Assembly: GCA_905178155.1 (NCBI GenBank)
Contig: CAJINV010000013.1
Span: 1,546,833-1,610,832 of the forward strand
Direction: 5' to 3'
Length of the DNA: 64,000 nt
DNA from: Amoebophrya sp. A120
Taxonomy: Eukaryota > Protista > Dinoflagellata
A program made the translations under genes and the position numbers. Each line of letters begins with the position of its first letter. Positions within the stretch are counted from its first letter, which is position 1. The notes below the pieces were generated by a model. That model made no database searches. It worked only from the letters and a program-made list of their open reading frames with translations, and had not been told where the DNA came from. This document shows positions 13,371 through 26,748 of the stretch, piece by piece.

Positions 13371-15260
13371 CTAGACTGCATGATATAATGGAAGCAATAT
13401 CAAAAACTCTTCCACGTCGGGCATCTAATGATGAGCAAAACCAAAAAGTCCTTCGTTCGTAGTTCATGTGTAAATAGCGCAGAAAAACTTTAAATATAGC
13501 AATACGCAAAACGCAGACACCGTGCAGGAAGTCTCCGGTGAGCAAGTGGTCGATGAATTCCACGGGATCGTCAAAATAACGGGGTCTGTATTTTTCGAAC
13601 AATTCCAACGGCCATAGGGAGGCCAACCGCTCCTCTGTTTTTCCGGATTAGGATGAAAACATTTTGAAAGTAAAATTTCTTTTCATGCTTTTACCCGAGC
13701 CCGACTACGTGAAAAAACTAAAACAACCTAATCTGAAAACGTTAAGGTTAACAGCACGACAACATATTGTCGTGCTCGATTTAAGGTTTAAATGGAGTTT
13801 GATGTTTACTGCCGCACTATCTACAGCATCTCGTCTCTTCAAGGAAACTACAGTATCAACTCGTGAAGTAAGTACCCTGTTCGTTTGCAAATACGGAGTC
13901 CGTCCGCGGCGGCGCGGCGGGTGGAGCGCTAGCATCCCCCCCGGAAGCGGCTATCGATGATGCGGTCCTCCCATGCAAAGCTGCCATCGCTGACGCTCGA
14001 GAAGAAGATGGCGACGCCGAGGATGTTGGGGCGGAAATAGTACTTTTGTCGGCCAACACGTGGATTCCAGTCCCGGTGTCCACCTCCTCACCGATCAGCG
14101 CTGAAGCTCCTGTTCCTGCTCCTTCATCTCCTTCCAGTACCTCGGGTCTCATTTCCAGTGTCGAGCAGGAAGTACCGGCCATCTTTGGGGTACGAAATCT
14201 GCTGGGACGTAGGTCTTGTAGTTCTAGCTACAAATGGCGGAGGTCCTAATTACTTTAGTACGTTGCTGGTCGTCTCAAACTTGTGGAATTATATCTTACT
14301 GCAAGGCGACCTAAAATGTTCTTCAATTTAGCTGTCGATCACACTCGCCCGCAATGAAGGCACAAATGAAAATCAGCGGGACCGTAAGACATGGATGAAG
14401 AGCGGGTGATACAGACATGAACATATCCATGAAGATGAGCCGCAGGCACCTGTTTCAATATCAATTCTTTGGTAACTTGTTTTACTCTTCAACTTCAAAC
14501 AGAAATTGAAAGCTGCTTTGCCAGTGCTTGATCCCGGTTCTTTTTGCGATCGCCCAACCATCAAAACGAGCACCATGATAGAACATGTACATGCCATGGG
14601 AAAACAACTTCTACAACAACTACAACACTGAGTCATATTTATAACTTCTCCTCGTCTTGGACTGGCTGCATCCAGCCTCGTGGCATCAAACACATTTCTG
14701 GAATAAGACACGAACTACTTTGTCGATATCGGATTTTTCGTCTTCATTTTTTTGTACATCGATCTCGCGTTCTTGATTTCGAAAGAATTTTAATTTTCTC
14801 CCATGCATGGAAAGAAAACAAGATGCAAAAATTTATAATTAATAGAATAAATCAGGCATCTCTAGTTTGTCCCGTTTGTGAAAAGCCTTTCTTGTTTATC
14901 TTGTACAGAGGGACCAGCTTGTCATGATGGCTTGGCTTAATGCACATTAATTTTGATTTATGTTGAAGTTTATCATTTACCCGCTGCAGTATGCAGATTC
15001 TTTGTCGTCTCTCTGGCTGCTTGATGCTTGTGGTACAACATGATCGGGCAAGAAAAAACAACAAGAGTATTTTGTCTGGTGTGGACCACAGTGGTTTTTC
15101 AATTTACATTATGTCTTTGGTTTTTCAATCATACGTGTTCATCTAAGATCGATTATACAGTTTTCTCCAACATATTAAGTATGTTCTGACAAGGCACGAA
15201 AGCTACAACCCTTTGCCCTCCAGTCCCTCCCTCCTCGTTCTTGTGCGTGCCGTCACAAGT

Positions 15261-15575
15261 TCACTGATCCTCGCTTCCCTGTTCCGCCGGACCGACCGAC
15301 AACGCCGCATGATTCGCCGTGGATTCCTCCTGATTCGCGTCCGTCCTGGCCCCGTCGTTCACCACGATTTTTCCGTCCGTGTCCTCGTGGTATTCCTGGT
15401 CGTCACTGCCCATGCCGCCGGCTTGCTCGTCCAGAGTCATGACATGTCTCTCCCCCGGCGCAGACAGCTGCAGCTTTGATGTGAGCCCCTCGGCACGACC
15501 TGACAGATGCACATAATTTTCTTGCCGAATCCGCATGCCCATGCGTGCCGTCAGCACAGCCGACACTGACACTGT
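15261..15575 (-). pseudogene. Partial third copy of the tandem gene unit at 18.4-21.3 kb
   Basis: ARMGMRIRQENYVHLSGRAEGLTSKLQLSAPGERHVMTL closely matches 19451-20002; separated from its upstream part by the satellite block. Confidence 0.55.
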
Positions 15576-15576
15576 T

Positions 15577-18365
15577 CAAACTTTCCAAAGCTGTCGCGAT
15601 TTGCGAGACCGCTCACCGCCCAACGGCCAACGGCAGCCGGCCAAATCGCAAACGGCCAACGGCCAAATCGCACGCGGCCAATGGCCAACGGCCAACGGCC
15701 AAATCGCAAACGGCCAACGGCCAAGGGCCAACGGCCAAATCGCAAACGGCCAACGGCCAACGGCCAAATCGCAAACGGCCAAATCGCAAACGGCCAACGG
15801 CCAACGGTTAACGGCCAAATCGCAAACGGCCAACGGTTAACGGCCAAATCGCAAACGGCCAACGGCCAACGGTTAACGGCCAAATCGCAAACGGCCAACG
15901 GTTAACGGCCAAATCGCAAACGGCCAACGGTTAACGGCCAAATCGCAAACGGCCAACGGCCAAATCGCAAACGGCCAACGGCCAAATCGCAAACGGCCAA
16001 CGGCCAGCGGTCATATCGCAAACGGCCAGCGGCCAGGCCGCAACTCGCAAAATAGTTTGCAACGCGACGCCAAGTATTCTGTAGCTTCAAAGATTTTGCG
16101 ACAGACTCAAAATAATTCGCGAGTCCAAATATTTTGCAACGCAAAAAGTGTCTCAATGAGCTGCGCGCGTTAAAACTTTGCGACGGGGAGGAAAATCGCC
16201 CACGCCGGCAATTTTTTGAAAGTTTTGAAACTTTCCAAAGCTGTCGCGATTTGCGAAATCGCTCACCGCCCAACGGCCAACGGCAACCGGCCAAATCGCA
16301 AACGGCCAACGGCCAAATCGCACACGGCCAATGGCCAACGGCCAACGGCCAAATCGCAAACGGCCAATGGCCAGCGGCCAAATCACAAACGGCCGCCGCT
16401 TAGCGGCCAAATCGCAAACGGCCAACGGTTAACGGCCACCGGCCAAATCGCAAACGGCCAGCGGTCAAATCGCAAACGGCCAGCGGCCAAGCCGCAACTC
16501 GCGAAATATTTTGCAACTCCAAACATTCTGTAGCTCCAGAGATTTTGCGACAGAAAAAAAATACTCCGCAAGTCCAAACATTTTGCACAGCACAACACTT
16601 CTCAACCCAAAACATTTCGCGACTCCAGAGATTCTGTAGCTTCAAAGATTTTGCGACTCAGAATATTTCGCAAGTCCAAATATTTTGCAACGCAAAACAT
16701 TTCTCAACCCAAAACATTTCGCAACTCCAAACATTTTGCAAGTTCAAATATTCTATCGCCAACGGGAAACGGCCAACGGGAAGCGGCCAACGGGAAGCGG
16801 CCAACTGGAAACGGCCAACGGGAACCGGCCAACGGGAACCGGCCAACGGGAAACGGCCAACGGGAAACGAAACGGCCAACGGGAAACGGCCAACGGGAAA
16901 CGTACGGCCAACGGGAAACGTACGGCCAACGGGAAACGGCCAACGGGAAACGGCCAGCGGGAAACGGCCAGCGGGAAACGGCCAACGGGAAACGTGTCGC
17001 AAAGGAAGCGAAATACTTTGCGGCGCAAAATATTTCGCAACGCAAAACATTTCACAACTCGAAAAATTTCCCAACGAAAAATATTTTGCCAGCCAAAAAC
17101 CTCGCAAGCCGGAAAATTTTGCAACTCGAAATATTTCGCAAGCCCAAAAATTTTGCGCGTCGAAATATTTTGCACGCCCGAAAATTTTGCAAGCCCAAAA
17201 ATAAACTTCGCAAGCCCAAAAATAAACTTCGCAACAACCTTCCAACCAAACCGCCTCTCCCATTTTTGCAGCTTTGAAGGCGGGGGGCACGGGGGGAGCG
17301 GGGAACACGGGGAAAACGGGAAGCACGGGGAAGACTGGAAACACAGGAAAAGCGCGCGGGAAGCCCGGGGGAAGCGGATGGAAAGCACGGGGAAGGCGGG
17401 AAGCGCGGCGAAAGCGGCCGGGAAGCACGGGGAAGGTGGGGAGCATGGGGAAAGCGGAAAGCACGGGGAAAGCGGGAAGCACGGGGAAAGCGGGAAGCAC
17501 GGGGAAAGCGGGAAGCACGGGGAAAGCGGGAAGCACGGGGAAAGCGGGAGGCACGGGGGGCGGGGCCGCGGAGCATCGGCCCAAGGGGACAGCCGCCCGC
17601 GCCCCAGCACCAGGCCCACACGCGAGCAGCTGCCCACCACCCTCCCCCGGCGCCCCCCCTCTGCTCACGAGGAGACTGGGAGAGGGCGCCACCGTCCGCC
17701 TCTCTGCCTGCCCGCCTCTCTTGGATGGAGGCTCGCTCGCTCGCTGCGCGCGAGGGGAGGCGGGGGCGGAACAGATTGCGCGCAAGCTAGCGCGTGGGGC
17801 GCCGTTGTTGCCCAGGGGTGCGGGGGGGGGGCGGTGGGCCCCTACGCCTGGAAAGCAATGAATGCCCTGCCCCGGCGCCCGTCCTCGCTGACTCTACCCA
17901 AGCGCGCAACAGGGGCCCCAACAAGCACCGGCCCTGCAAGACCGCGCGCGGGAGAAGGGCGGGGGGGGCACCAACGCGCAAAGGAGCAGGGCGCACCGGC
18001 AGGCGTCACAGACGGGCCACAAAGCAGACGCGCGGGCGGGGCGTGACGCGCCAGAGCCGCGCATGGCGCGGGCTGTGCTCCTGCCTCCTACCTTCCCCCG
18101 CCCACTGGCGCCCGCCCGCTGCCGCGCTTTGCGTTGTTGTGCCTAGGGCTTGCCGTCAGAAACGCGGGCCCAATACGGGCGGGGCCCTCGCACTCACACA
18201 ACGACGGAGACCACGGGCGCGATGGCGCACCGCCTTCGTTCTTACTTTGAACACGAAGCGGCGCAGAGGCTTGGCCCCGCCCTGCATCAAAATTTTTTCC
18301 CCTTGCCCCCCCTCTGGCGTTTTTCTTTCCCCCCTTTCAACTCGTTCACCCTCCCACTGCGCGAC
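15577..18365. repeat. 2.8-kb composite satellite/low-complexity block
   Basis: AACGGCC/AAATCGCA arrays in two ~650-bp units (starting 15577 and 16228), TTTTGC/GCAAAA repeats, AACGGCCAACGGGA array, 18-bp GGGAAGCACGGGGAAAGC array, GC-rich right end. Confidence 0.9.
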
Positions 18366-20002
18366 ATAAGCTGCGGCCTTGTAAGACATGTTGGTGCTCA
18401 GCACTCCTTTACAGTCGACAATAACCGTCGTGCACGACGCAACTACGCACTGGTGATACCCTGTACAGCACGACCACAATCATCGAAACAAAAAGCTGTG
18501 CCAGATTTACAATCTACCTATACCTGGAGACACCGGTCCCGCCCCGCTGATCGATAGAAACGAGAGGAATTGCTCTTCGTGCACCGGCGCGTTGGTATAG
18601 CCGCGTGGAGGAGCCACGGCGATTTCGCCCGAAGCAAGTAGCACATCAGAGGACTGGTGGACGCGACCGGACTTTCCACCACGATGCAGATGGAGTTGAC
18701 TGGCAGCCTTCGCGTCCCCCGCGTCCGGACGATTCTCTGCAGTCGTTGCGTCCGATGTTGAAACACCTTCCCCAAGAAAGCTGCTGCTGCTGCTGGACAC
18801 TCGGTATACACCAGGCACCCCTTTCTTGATTCGGTCGGCGTCAATATCGGCTTGCTTTGCTCGAATATCCTCAGCATCAAGACTTTGACGCACCGCGGTA
18901 ACCCCCTCAGTAGCAATCCGTTGATGCAGCGCGGTCCTCCTTCGCTCCTCGTCTTGACGCCTTTCTTGCAGAGCGGCGTACTGCGGACTTTGCTGATATT
19001 CTTGAACAAGAGTCGCAATTTCGTTTTGGAACGACGCTTGGCTGACCGCAATCGGACAGCCATTAAAAGGGTTCCAGGACTTCGGTGTGCGCGTGCACCG
19101 CGAAAACTCAGAAAGCCCCAGTGTCTCTATGTATGGGAGTGTCAGGATTGAAATCGTCAAAGTTGAAATATTTTGTCTTCATGCTAAACCGACCGAAACC
19201 ACTACACAAATAATCGTTTGTCATGCATAAAACGCAGCCCACAAAGTGCCTGTCTTGCAGAGTAGACAAGTGAGGCAGATTGCGAAAAGCCTGCTGAGGA
19301 GCAGTAGAAATAGAGCTGCTAAAGTAGCACGACAAAAGGCGTCTTCCTTACCCAAACAGCATGACAAACTGGATTTCGGCTCTGCCCAAATTTGTCAGGC
19401 GCCACTTGGAAACTGGGTTACAACTGGCATCCATTTTATGCCATGCCAAATCATTTCAATTTTGTAGATTTCAAACCTGACGCTTCCATACTCTCCCTCC
19501 AAAACGTACAGCATTCACTGCTCGCTGGCCTGGCGTAGTCGCCATTGTAGTGGCAGCCACCTTGGTCGCGAGGCAAGCCGTACCTTTCGTAGCTTAGGTG
19601 AGCGCAGGTAAAAAAGACTCCTGGTCCTCCTCCTTCATACGTCTGCATCAAGCCGGAGGTGCTGCTCACGTCGGCGCTAGACTGGATGGGTATCGCGTCG
19701 ACAACAGGCAACCGGTCATCTGGTTCGACCTCCGCGACGTCGGTCTCCTCCGTTTCCTCCACCAGCTCCGCGGTGTCCAGAACGTCCACGTCCAGATCGT
19801 CACTGCCCATGCCGCCGGCTAGGCCGTTGAGAGTCATGATCTGCCTCTCCCCCGGCGCAGACAGTTGCAGCTTGGATGTGAGCCCCTCGGCCTCGGCACG
19901 ACCTGAAAGGTGCACATACTTTTTTTGCCGCATGCGCATGCCTATGCGTGCTATTAGCACAACCGACACTGTTATCTCAATACTCCTGCTGGTGGTCAGC
20001 AC
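18366..20002 (-). CDS. Cys-rich tandem-array protein, copy 2 (IE 19128-19490; candidate GT-AG intron 18461-18523)
   Basis: IE removal joins ECCTFWRE-TLGLSEFSRCTRTPKSW...CPI, which aligns with copy 1. Confidence 0.6.
19128..19490. mobile_element. Introner element, family B
   Basis: TIR with an extra TATG at the left end; flanks GTCTC/CTCTC; reverse orientation relative to the 7535 copy. Confidence 0.8.
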
Positions 20003-20008
20003 TCCTTT

Positions 20009-21345
20009 TCAGTCGAAAATAATCATCGTGCACGACGCAAGAACTAGGCACTGGTGATACCCTGTACAGGAAGAGCAGCAGCAGCAACACGATCATCGAA
20101 ACAAGAAAAACAGACTGTGCCAGATTTACAACCTATACCTGCAGACACCGTTCCCGCCCCGCTGATCGATAGCAACGAGAAGTGTCCCCCGGATGTCGCG
20201 TCGTGGACCGCAGCGCCAGTGTCGCTGGCTGGAGCCGCCGCCTCGGCGTCGCCAAATGTTGCAGCAGATGCGAGGCTCTTGAAGCCATCCTCGGTACGCC
20301 CGGAAATGTCGCCACGGCTAAGTAGTTGCTGCCCAGTAGATCCCGTCGCGTCTGTGGCTGCAACCTGTGGTGCGGCATCGCCGTCCACGAGAAAACTGCT
20401 CTGTGCGCCCCCACGGAGCCGGGGCGGGTTGGCACGGGGGGGGGGATTGGCACGGGGCTCTTGGACGAGGCCGTCACCACGTCGAGACGGCGCCCTCGCT
20501 TGCATTTCCTCGAAGTCGAACAAGACCCCTTGTTGTAAATCTTCCTGCGATCCATCCGGCGCGACGGGACGTCCCAGAACTAGGTCCTCCTGGTGTGTGC
20601 CAGCGAAGCAGCCATCCCTTACTGTACAGTACGTGGCTACTCGGCGTATTGGTCGTCTTTGCAGGCCTCGCCGTTGTGCGTCGGCCACCGCTGCATTCAG
20701 AACGTCTGCGGAGTCCAGCGTGTAATCTGAGCCGCCGTCAACTATCGAGTACTGCCATCGGAAATCACGGAAGTCTGTAACTGGGATCGGACAGTGGCGC
20801 AAAACTTGCCACGTCGACGGCGCCCTCTTGCAGGTTGGTTTCGAGTACACATCTTTCGGCTCCACCACTACACAACACTGCGCGCTCGCCATCCTCTGCA
20901 GGTTGCCTTCGTAGTAACAACCGCCGTCGGGTTTTCCAAATTTCATGTACCAACAGGTAAACAAAAATTTCGGTTCAGTGGTCTGCATCAAGCCGGAGGA
21001 CGCGTCGGCGCTAGGCTGGACCACGTTCTTCGTGACGACATCAACAGGCAGCCGCTCATCTCGCTCGACTTCGATCTCCGCGCCGTCAAGAAAGTCCGTT
21101 CCTTCCATTTCCTCCACCAGCTCCGCGGTGTCCAGAACGTCCACGTCCAGACTCGTCGGCTCCTGCTTGGCGGTGTTGACTCGTCCCAGCGACCGCGGAG
21201 GGAGCTGCCCATGCGCAGCCGCACGTGTAGGCGAGTGCTCGCCCTGTTGTACCGCCCGCACCGCCTTTGGTTCTCCCGCTGCGACTTGGTGGTCTTCACC
21301 GGCTTCGTTTCGGGTCGTCGGACCAGTTTGTGCGGAAGCGAACAC
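20009..21345 (-). CDS. Cys-rich tandem-array protein, copy 1 (candidate GT-AG intron 20062-20138)
   Basis: Shares LDVDVLDTAELVEE, FTC..GGC..CC..C.R.P..W..CPI and the SISGAG tail with copy 2; 5' end uncertain. Confidence 0.6.
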
Positions 21346-22852
21346 GAAGAGAAAACCTGAAAATTTTCGTCAGGGTGGAAACCTCGCTTGTATATGTATT
21401 CGCGCAGTTGTATTTTGTTTCTGCATCACATGTCCAGCAAAAGTTAAAATATATCCAAAGCATCATCCTGCATGGACCGACAAACATCAAGATAGGCAAC
21501 CACCACACGAACTAACTACCTATGGCGCAACACGGATTTTGCACGGCCAATCCGGTCCAGGTGGAGATCGGTGCAAGAATTGTGACAAATGGCTTCCAGG
21601 AAAACAGCATCTTTAGCAAGCCGGTGGGGTACTTGCGAAGCAATGTGGAACCTTCTTCACAGAGACGAAGGCGAAATTGCACGTCGTCGAAGGATTCTTT
21701 GTCTTTCGAACAAGTCCGGACCTGCTCAAGCCTACTTCAGATTGTAAGTGCGCCCACCGAGGACGAGAATTTCTCAGCGAAATAAGCTTGACTGGTGATG
21801 AGAATGCTCAAAATCCTCCGTGCAGCAGGAGAAGGAGCAGTGTAGGCAGTGGCAGAGTGATTTTCGTTCGCAAGATCTATGCACTGTTTCAGATTGATTT
21901 GTTCCTATTTTTATCAAATTAGACGAATCTACTTATGATATGAAACGGTGTTCGCCTCACGCAGAAAAAAAAATGAATCTCCATCGCTTCCTAAAAGGGT
22001 AGTTGGTGGGGTAACCGATTTCCATTCTCAACAATGATTTTCTCAACAATGATTTTTTCATTTCAAAGTAGAAGTACGTGTACATACTTGGTTAAATAAT
22101 GTATTTTGTTCCGCTCTGTGTCTATTTGGGTTCGGCGATGTTGAAGACGACCCGAACGCGAAATCATACGACAACTAAGCAAGGAAACAACGCGGCCCAA
22201 AGCCCAGTTTGGTTTCCGCAGCTTCTACAAGAATAGAAAAGCGAAATAAACGATATCTTCATGACGTTTGCTCCCTTACGACCGCACGAGGTGAAAGAGA
22301 CGGAACTACCGAGGCAGACGACATCGACGAGACAAAAGACGGTGCGCATCATCGACCACATAACATTCTATCCGGCACAGGGGGTACTACTTGACGACGT
22401 ACTGACTCGATGATGCCACGCGGGACTCTTTTTCTGATGTTTTCTTTTACGCGTCTAATTACACCAGCAAATGCAAAAGCCTTCTAAAATAACACTACAG
22501 CAAAATTTTTGAGTCAGGTTCAGCAAGCGACGCACCTTCAGGAAAGGACGGAAAAATATTCAGGATGTGAACCTTCTTGTACGTAGTTCTGCGAATTTTC
22601 AAGCACAACTCCATCGTGATTTCTTGTACTTCGCACTGATTTCATCCCTTTTTCACGAGAACCTTCAGTCATAACGAGAAAGAACGCACTCATAGCTGTC
22701 TTGAGGACCAGCACCACACGTATCTCACAGCCGAGTCAGTGCCTGCTCTGGCTTCAGCTTCACAAATAAGAACCCGAATCTTCACATAAAAACTAGTAAG
22801 TAGAACAAGGCACGAATCACAAAACCGTATATATATTTTCTGCTGAGAATCT

Positions 22853-25330
22853 TCATCCCCTGTCGTGCGTGCACTGCGCCAGCACCAGCCCTTGCTTTTC
22901 CTCCCCCATGATGCCGCGTGCCCGGGTTTTCAAGTAGCACATTTTCGCGCCACTCGCGAACACGAAGGTATCGCACTCCTTATCGGCCTGGCAGGCGGCC
23001 TGGTACTATGCTGTGCATAAGTTAGTGCTATCGCGCTTGTAGACGTAGACGTAGTCGTACGAATTGCAATCATGCATGACAAATCGAAATCTGCTTCCTG
23101 TACCTGTTCCGTACCTGAATCTGCATGACACAGCGCTCTGATTTTCCTGCTTTAGCAGAATATTTGTAGCGGCACTTTATTACATCACTAATGCGATACT
23201 CATAGGTGCACTTGTGCATTGCATAGACAACTCAGAATGTCGATTTTCGACGTTGCACCACCAGAACCGGTGATGTCGTAGCCCTTCACATCCATGTTGT
23301 TCGTCTGCTTCCAGTATGCATTGAAAATATGTTGCCAGGGTCTGGAGAAAGATTGATGCGAGATTCATTTGTAATACTCGGCTGCAGAAGTGCTCGACAG
23401 GTTGGTCTCTTATGCAAAAAAGCTCCTTGTCATGCGCAATATCCAAGTAACAAACACATCCATGAGCACCTGCAGAACTCTTGTTCACACTCATCTGCGT
23501 ATTACTGACATCTGCTTTTTAACATTGACAAAATAACACCACAACAAGTTTCTAGACCCAGCCTGACGTTTTTGCAGTTGATACGAACTCTTTGCAATTT
23601 GGCACCTTCCAGCTCGTCTGCTTTAGATGTTGACTGAACTGCTTATCCCAGGAAAAAACTGTTGAGTCTCAAGCCTGTGCAGACTTAGCAAAACAAAATC
23701 GCAGCCCTCCACGAAGCACAAAGAAAATCTGTCATGCGTCAGGCCCAAGACAATGAGAAAAAGGCGCTTTTCTTGCCTGTCGATTAAAACAAAAAACTGC
23801 ATCGAGGAGTTTCTGTGTTACAGGTGGAAACTGGGACAGTTTTTTTCTCGCGATACTGCTGCACGCCGTTATACAAGATCGGATACCGCATATCGCGAGA
23901 AAAAACTGTTTCACGGTGAAGTTGGAAATGCAGAAAATATTTCGCGCAGTATTGTTTGCCTCGCTACGCATGCAAGATAATGCATCTTCAGCAGTGATTC
24001 ATGGCAAATGTTCTGTCGTATAGAACAAACTGAAACTCGGAAAGATCAGAAGATGCAAAACATGCAAATTCCTTTCCAGTGAAACACACTTTTCGTACGA
24101 TACTGCAGGTACAGTGGCGCGTCGCTGTTCGTGCGGATCTGCTTCGAGTGCCATGAGAGCCCGAACTGGAAGGACGTGCTGGCGGCCTCGGAGAAAATCA
24201 GCTGGTGACTGGACGTATCCATTGCAAATAGATACATCTGGGCGGTCTGGGACAATCTCATGCTCAGCTAAGTGCAAGACTTGCAAGTCTGTCATGTGCG
24301 TTGTGCAAGCCCTACACTTCTCTTTCATGCAGAAACGCACTTTTTTATGCAAAACAACTATACCCGTAGCAGCTCAAAAATTTGTCATGCTTGGCCCTGA
24401 GCTAAAGTCAAACTGTCGTCCTGGCGATTTTTTATCCAGCATCACAACTTTCCCGAGAACCCAGACCTTTTTGCAGTGGATAGGACGACCCCGCGTCCTG
24501 GAGGGACAGGGCGTGGAATATCAAAAGGAAAAATGCCCCCTCCCCATATCGAAGTGGAAATCTGTGACGCAGGATTTGTGTACGCACATCGGATTTGCCT
24601 TGGAGTGGAGGACGGCAGGCCCATAGCATGCCAATGCGGAGAGGTTGTGGCCTAGGCACTTAGCATGCGGAACGTCTATGCTGTAGGACCAACGGCATTA
24701 CAAACCGCCTGCATAATGGGGCGGCGCCTATGCCGTTGCTTTCTTGCAAGACAAACACGATTTGGGGTCACGAATCAGCATCACAAATTCTGTGAGGCGT
24801 TTCTTTTCGTTATGGGGAGGGGGGATTTTTCCGTTTGATATGGAACCCGAAGTAACGGCTCAGCCGGGACGTGAACGCGTTCCACACGGTGTCGTACGCC
24901 ATCCCGCTCGGCCCCTCGGCGTTCTATGCATTGCAAATTTGTCTGGGTCTGGAAGAATGCAAACTTGTGATGCGCATTTTAGAGAATAGAAAAATCTCTC
25001 ATGCATAGGTAGTAAAAGCTGCCCACGTTATGTCACCAAAGTGGGGGATTTGTCATGCGGATTAAGCAATGCGGAAGCTTCTGGAAATCTGTGATGCTAG
25101 GGCTTCCATGACAGGCATTTTGTGCCATGCAAAAACAGCATGACAAAAATCTGCATTCTTCCAGACCCAGACATATTTGCAGTTCATACGTTCAGGTTGC
25201 TCGCAAAAAGGAAGCTCCCGCACTTCTCGACCAGGAAGTCTAGGCCGCTGAGCCACCGGAGTACCTCCGGCGCGCGTCCGTAGACAAACGCCGCACTGCC
25301 ACCGGTAATGGCGTATCCAAAGTAAAATAA
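22853..25330 (-). CDS. Protein with C-terminal PAN/Apple domain, split by 7 IEs; likely upstream signal-peptide exon at 25594-25965
   Basis: Manual splice gives one open frame ending C...NMDVKGYDI...LSCQAACQADKECDTFVFASGAKMCYLK...GLVLAQC, the six-Cys Apple pattern. Confidence 0.75.
23007..23225. mobile_element. Introner element, degenerate
   Basis: TATGC..TGCA TIR; direct repeat decayed (GGTAC/GACAA) but element+5 restores ILSC-QAAC. Confidence 0.7.
23315..23583. mobile_element. Introner element, family A-like
   Basis: Degenerate TIR (GGGTCTGGA/TCTAGACCC); no direct repeat; element+5 keeps the frame. Confidence 0.7.
23644..23855. mobile_element. Introner element, family D (TATCGCGAGAAAAAACTGT)
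   Basis: 212 bp; perfect CTGCT direct repeat; frame restored. Confidence 0.85.
23891..24102. mobile_element. Introner element, family D
   Basis: 212 bp; flanks CCGCA/CTGCA; frame restored. Confidence 0.8.
24216..24482. mobile_element. Introner element, family A-like
   Basis: TATCCA.TGCAAA TIR; perfect GGACG direct repeat. Confidence 0.85.
24519..24840. mobile_element. Introner element, family C
   Basis: 322 bp; perfect TGGAA direct repeat; homologous to 62114-62435. Confidence 0.9.
24925..25188. mobile_element. Introner element, family A
   Basis: TIR; perfect CGTTC direct repeat. Confidence 0.9.
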
Positions 25331-26748
25331 AAACAGGTACCCGCCCCGCCTATACTTGTTGCCATGCGATTGCACATGCCCAGAAAGTGGTCTCGCCCCA
25401 TGCGGAACTTTATGTTACTGCGAAGTATTTCTACTTACCGTCATCATCGAAATTCAAATTCGTCATGCGCTAAGTACTTAAACTTAATCACGATCATAGC
25501 CGCATGCGCATCGATTTTTGAATTTGATATACCTCCTGCATTAACTTACTGCGGCGCTATCGTCCCGAAGTTATCTTGTTGCGCCGCAGCAAATCACCAG
25601 AATTGATTCTCTTCTTGACAACTATCGGGAGGAGGTGAGTACGTTTTTACAGAGGATACAGCGGTCGTCAGGTTTTCGTCATCGCCGACAGCCATTGGTG
25701 CCTCACCGCGGGTGGCGTGCTCCACTCTGGTCGCTGGTCCGGACGCTGCTTCGCCGCGAACTGACCCTGCGGTCTGGTGAGCTGCATGTCCTTGTCCTGC
25801 CAGAGGGTCTAATATATTGCCCGTCGCACTCGCTGTTGAGCCGCTATATCTTGTAACGTGCGAGAGTTCATGTTGATGTGTCCAGGCAGCACCTTGCGCA
25901 CTTGCATACAGAAGTTTACGCAGAAGTCGTAGGATTATGAGAATGTCCCACAAGTGCGGCGGCACGCGACTCTGAGACTCGCCTTCCGCACTTCCGGGAC
26001 ATTGAGAAGCAGGACGAAAACTTCAGATTCCACAAAAAAACAGCCACGTAATACTAGAACTTTTGTCCTGCTAGCGCAACCTCCGGTCTTCAGGTCATAA
26101 GGACTCTCGTTCCGCTACATCCTTATCGCGTTCTTCACACGTCAACATCACAAAATTGCAATGCATAGCAGTGTCGTGGAAAACATGCAGCGCATCACCC
26201 CCGGGGTCGGCTTCCGCAAGACACCGAGCAAACCGGTGCCTCCTGACGTCAAAAACGAAGCTGCTGTCGGCCAGAACGGCACTGGACGCGGCCGCGGCGC
26301 TTTTGCTCTTTGCAGTGGACTGCTCCGTATTTGCACTACTGCTCTTGCTCGGTGAATTTGAAACCACAGGTGGCGGCTTTCCAACTTTTGACGCACCGTT
26401 GAGCGCGTTTGCGGTCACCGTGCTCCAAAGAAACAAGTTATCTTCGTAGTCGGAATAGGAGAAGGTATGGAAAGTTTGAAATAAATCAGTTCCGACAACA
26501 TCATCCATCGCAAAGTAGAGAAAGAAAACAGTAACTGGTGAAACAAATGCTGATACAAAAAAGTATTCCTCCGGTCACAGACCTCTTGCACTGACAACTT
26601 ACACCAAGTTTAGAACTCGTGAAGTGGTGCTGTGCCGCTGGGATGTGCGCAGACATCGACACTACTGTGCTTCTCATGATTTTTCTGCGGTCCTACAAAT
26701 GCAAATCACGCATACAAAAATTTCCACTTTGACACTCTAAAACAATGT

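Noticed and set aside
15535-18046. Long overlapping ORFs (ANGQRP, FPVLPA and similar)
   Set aside because: Artefacts of stop-poor tandem repeats, open in nearly all frames
24483-24924. MACPF/perforin signature in RYFGFHALSLQDAGS
   Set aside because: Only loosely matches (Y/W)G(T/S)H(F/Y)x6GG, the region is too short, and the downstream GG belongs to the Apple domain
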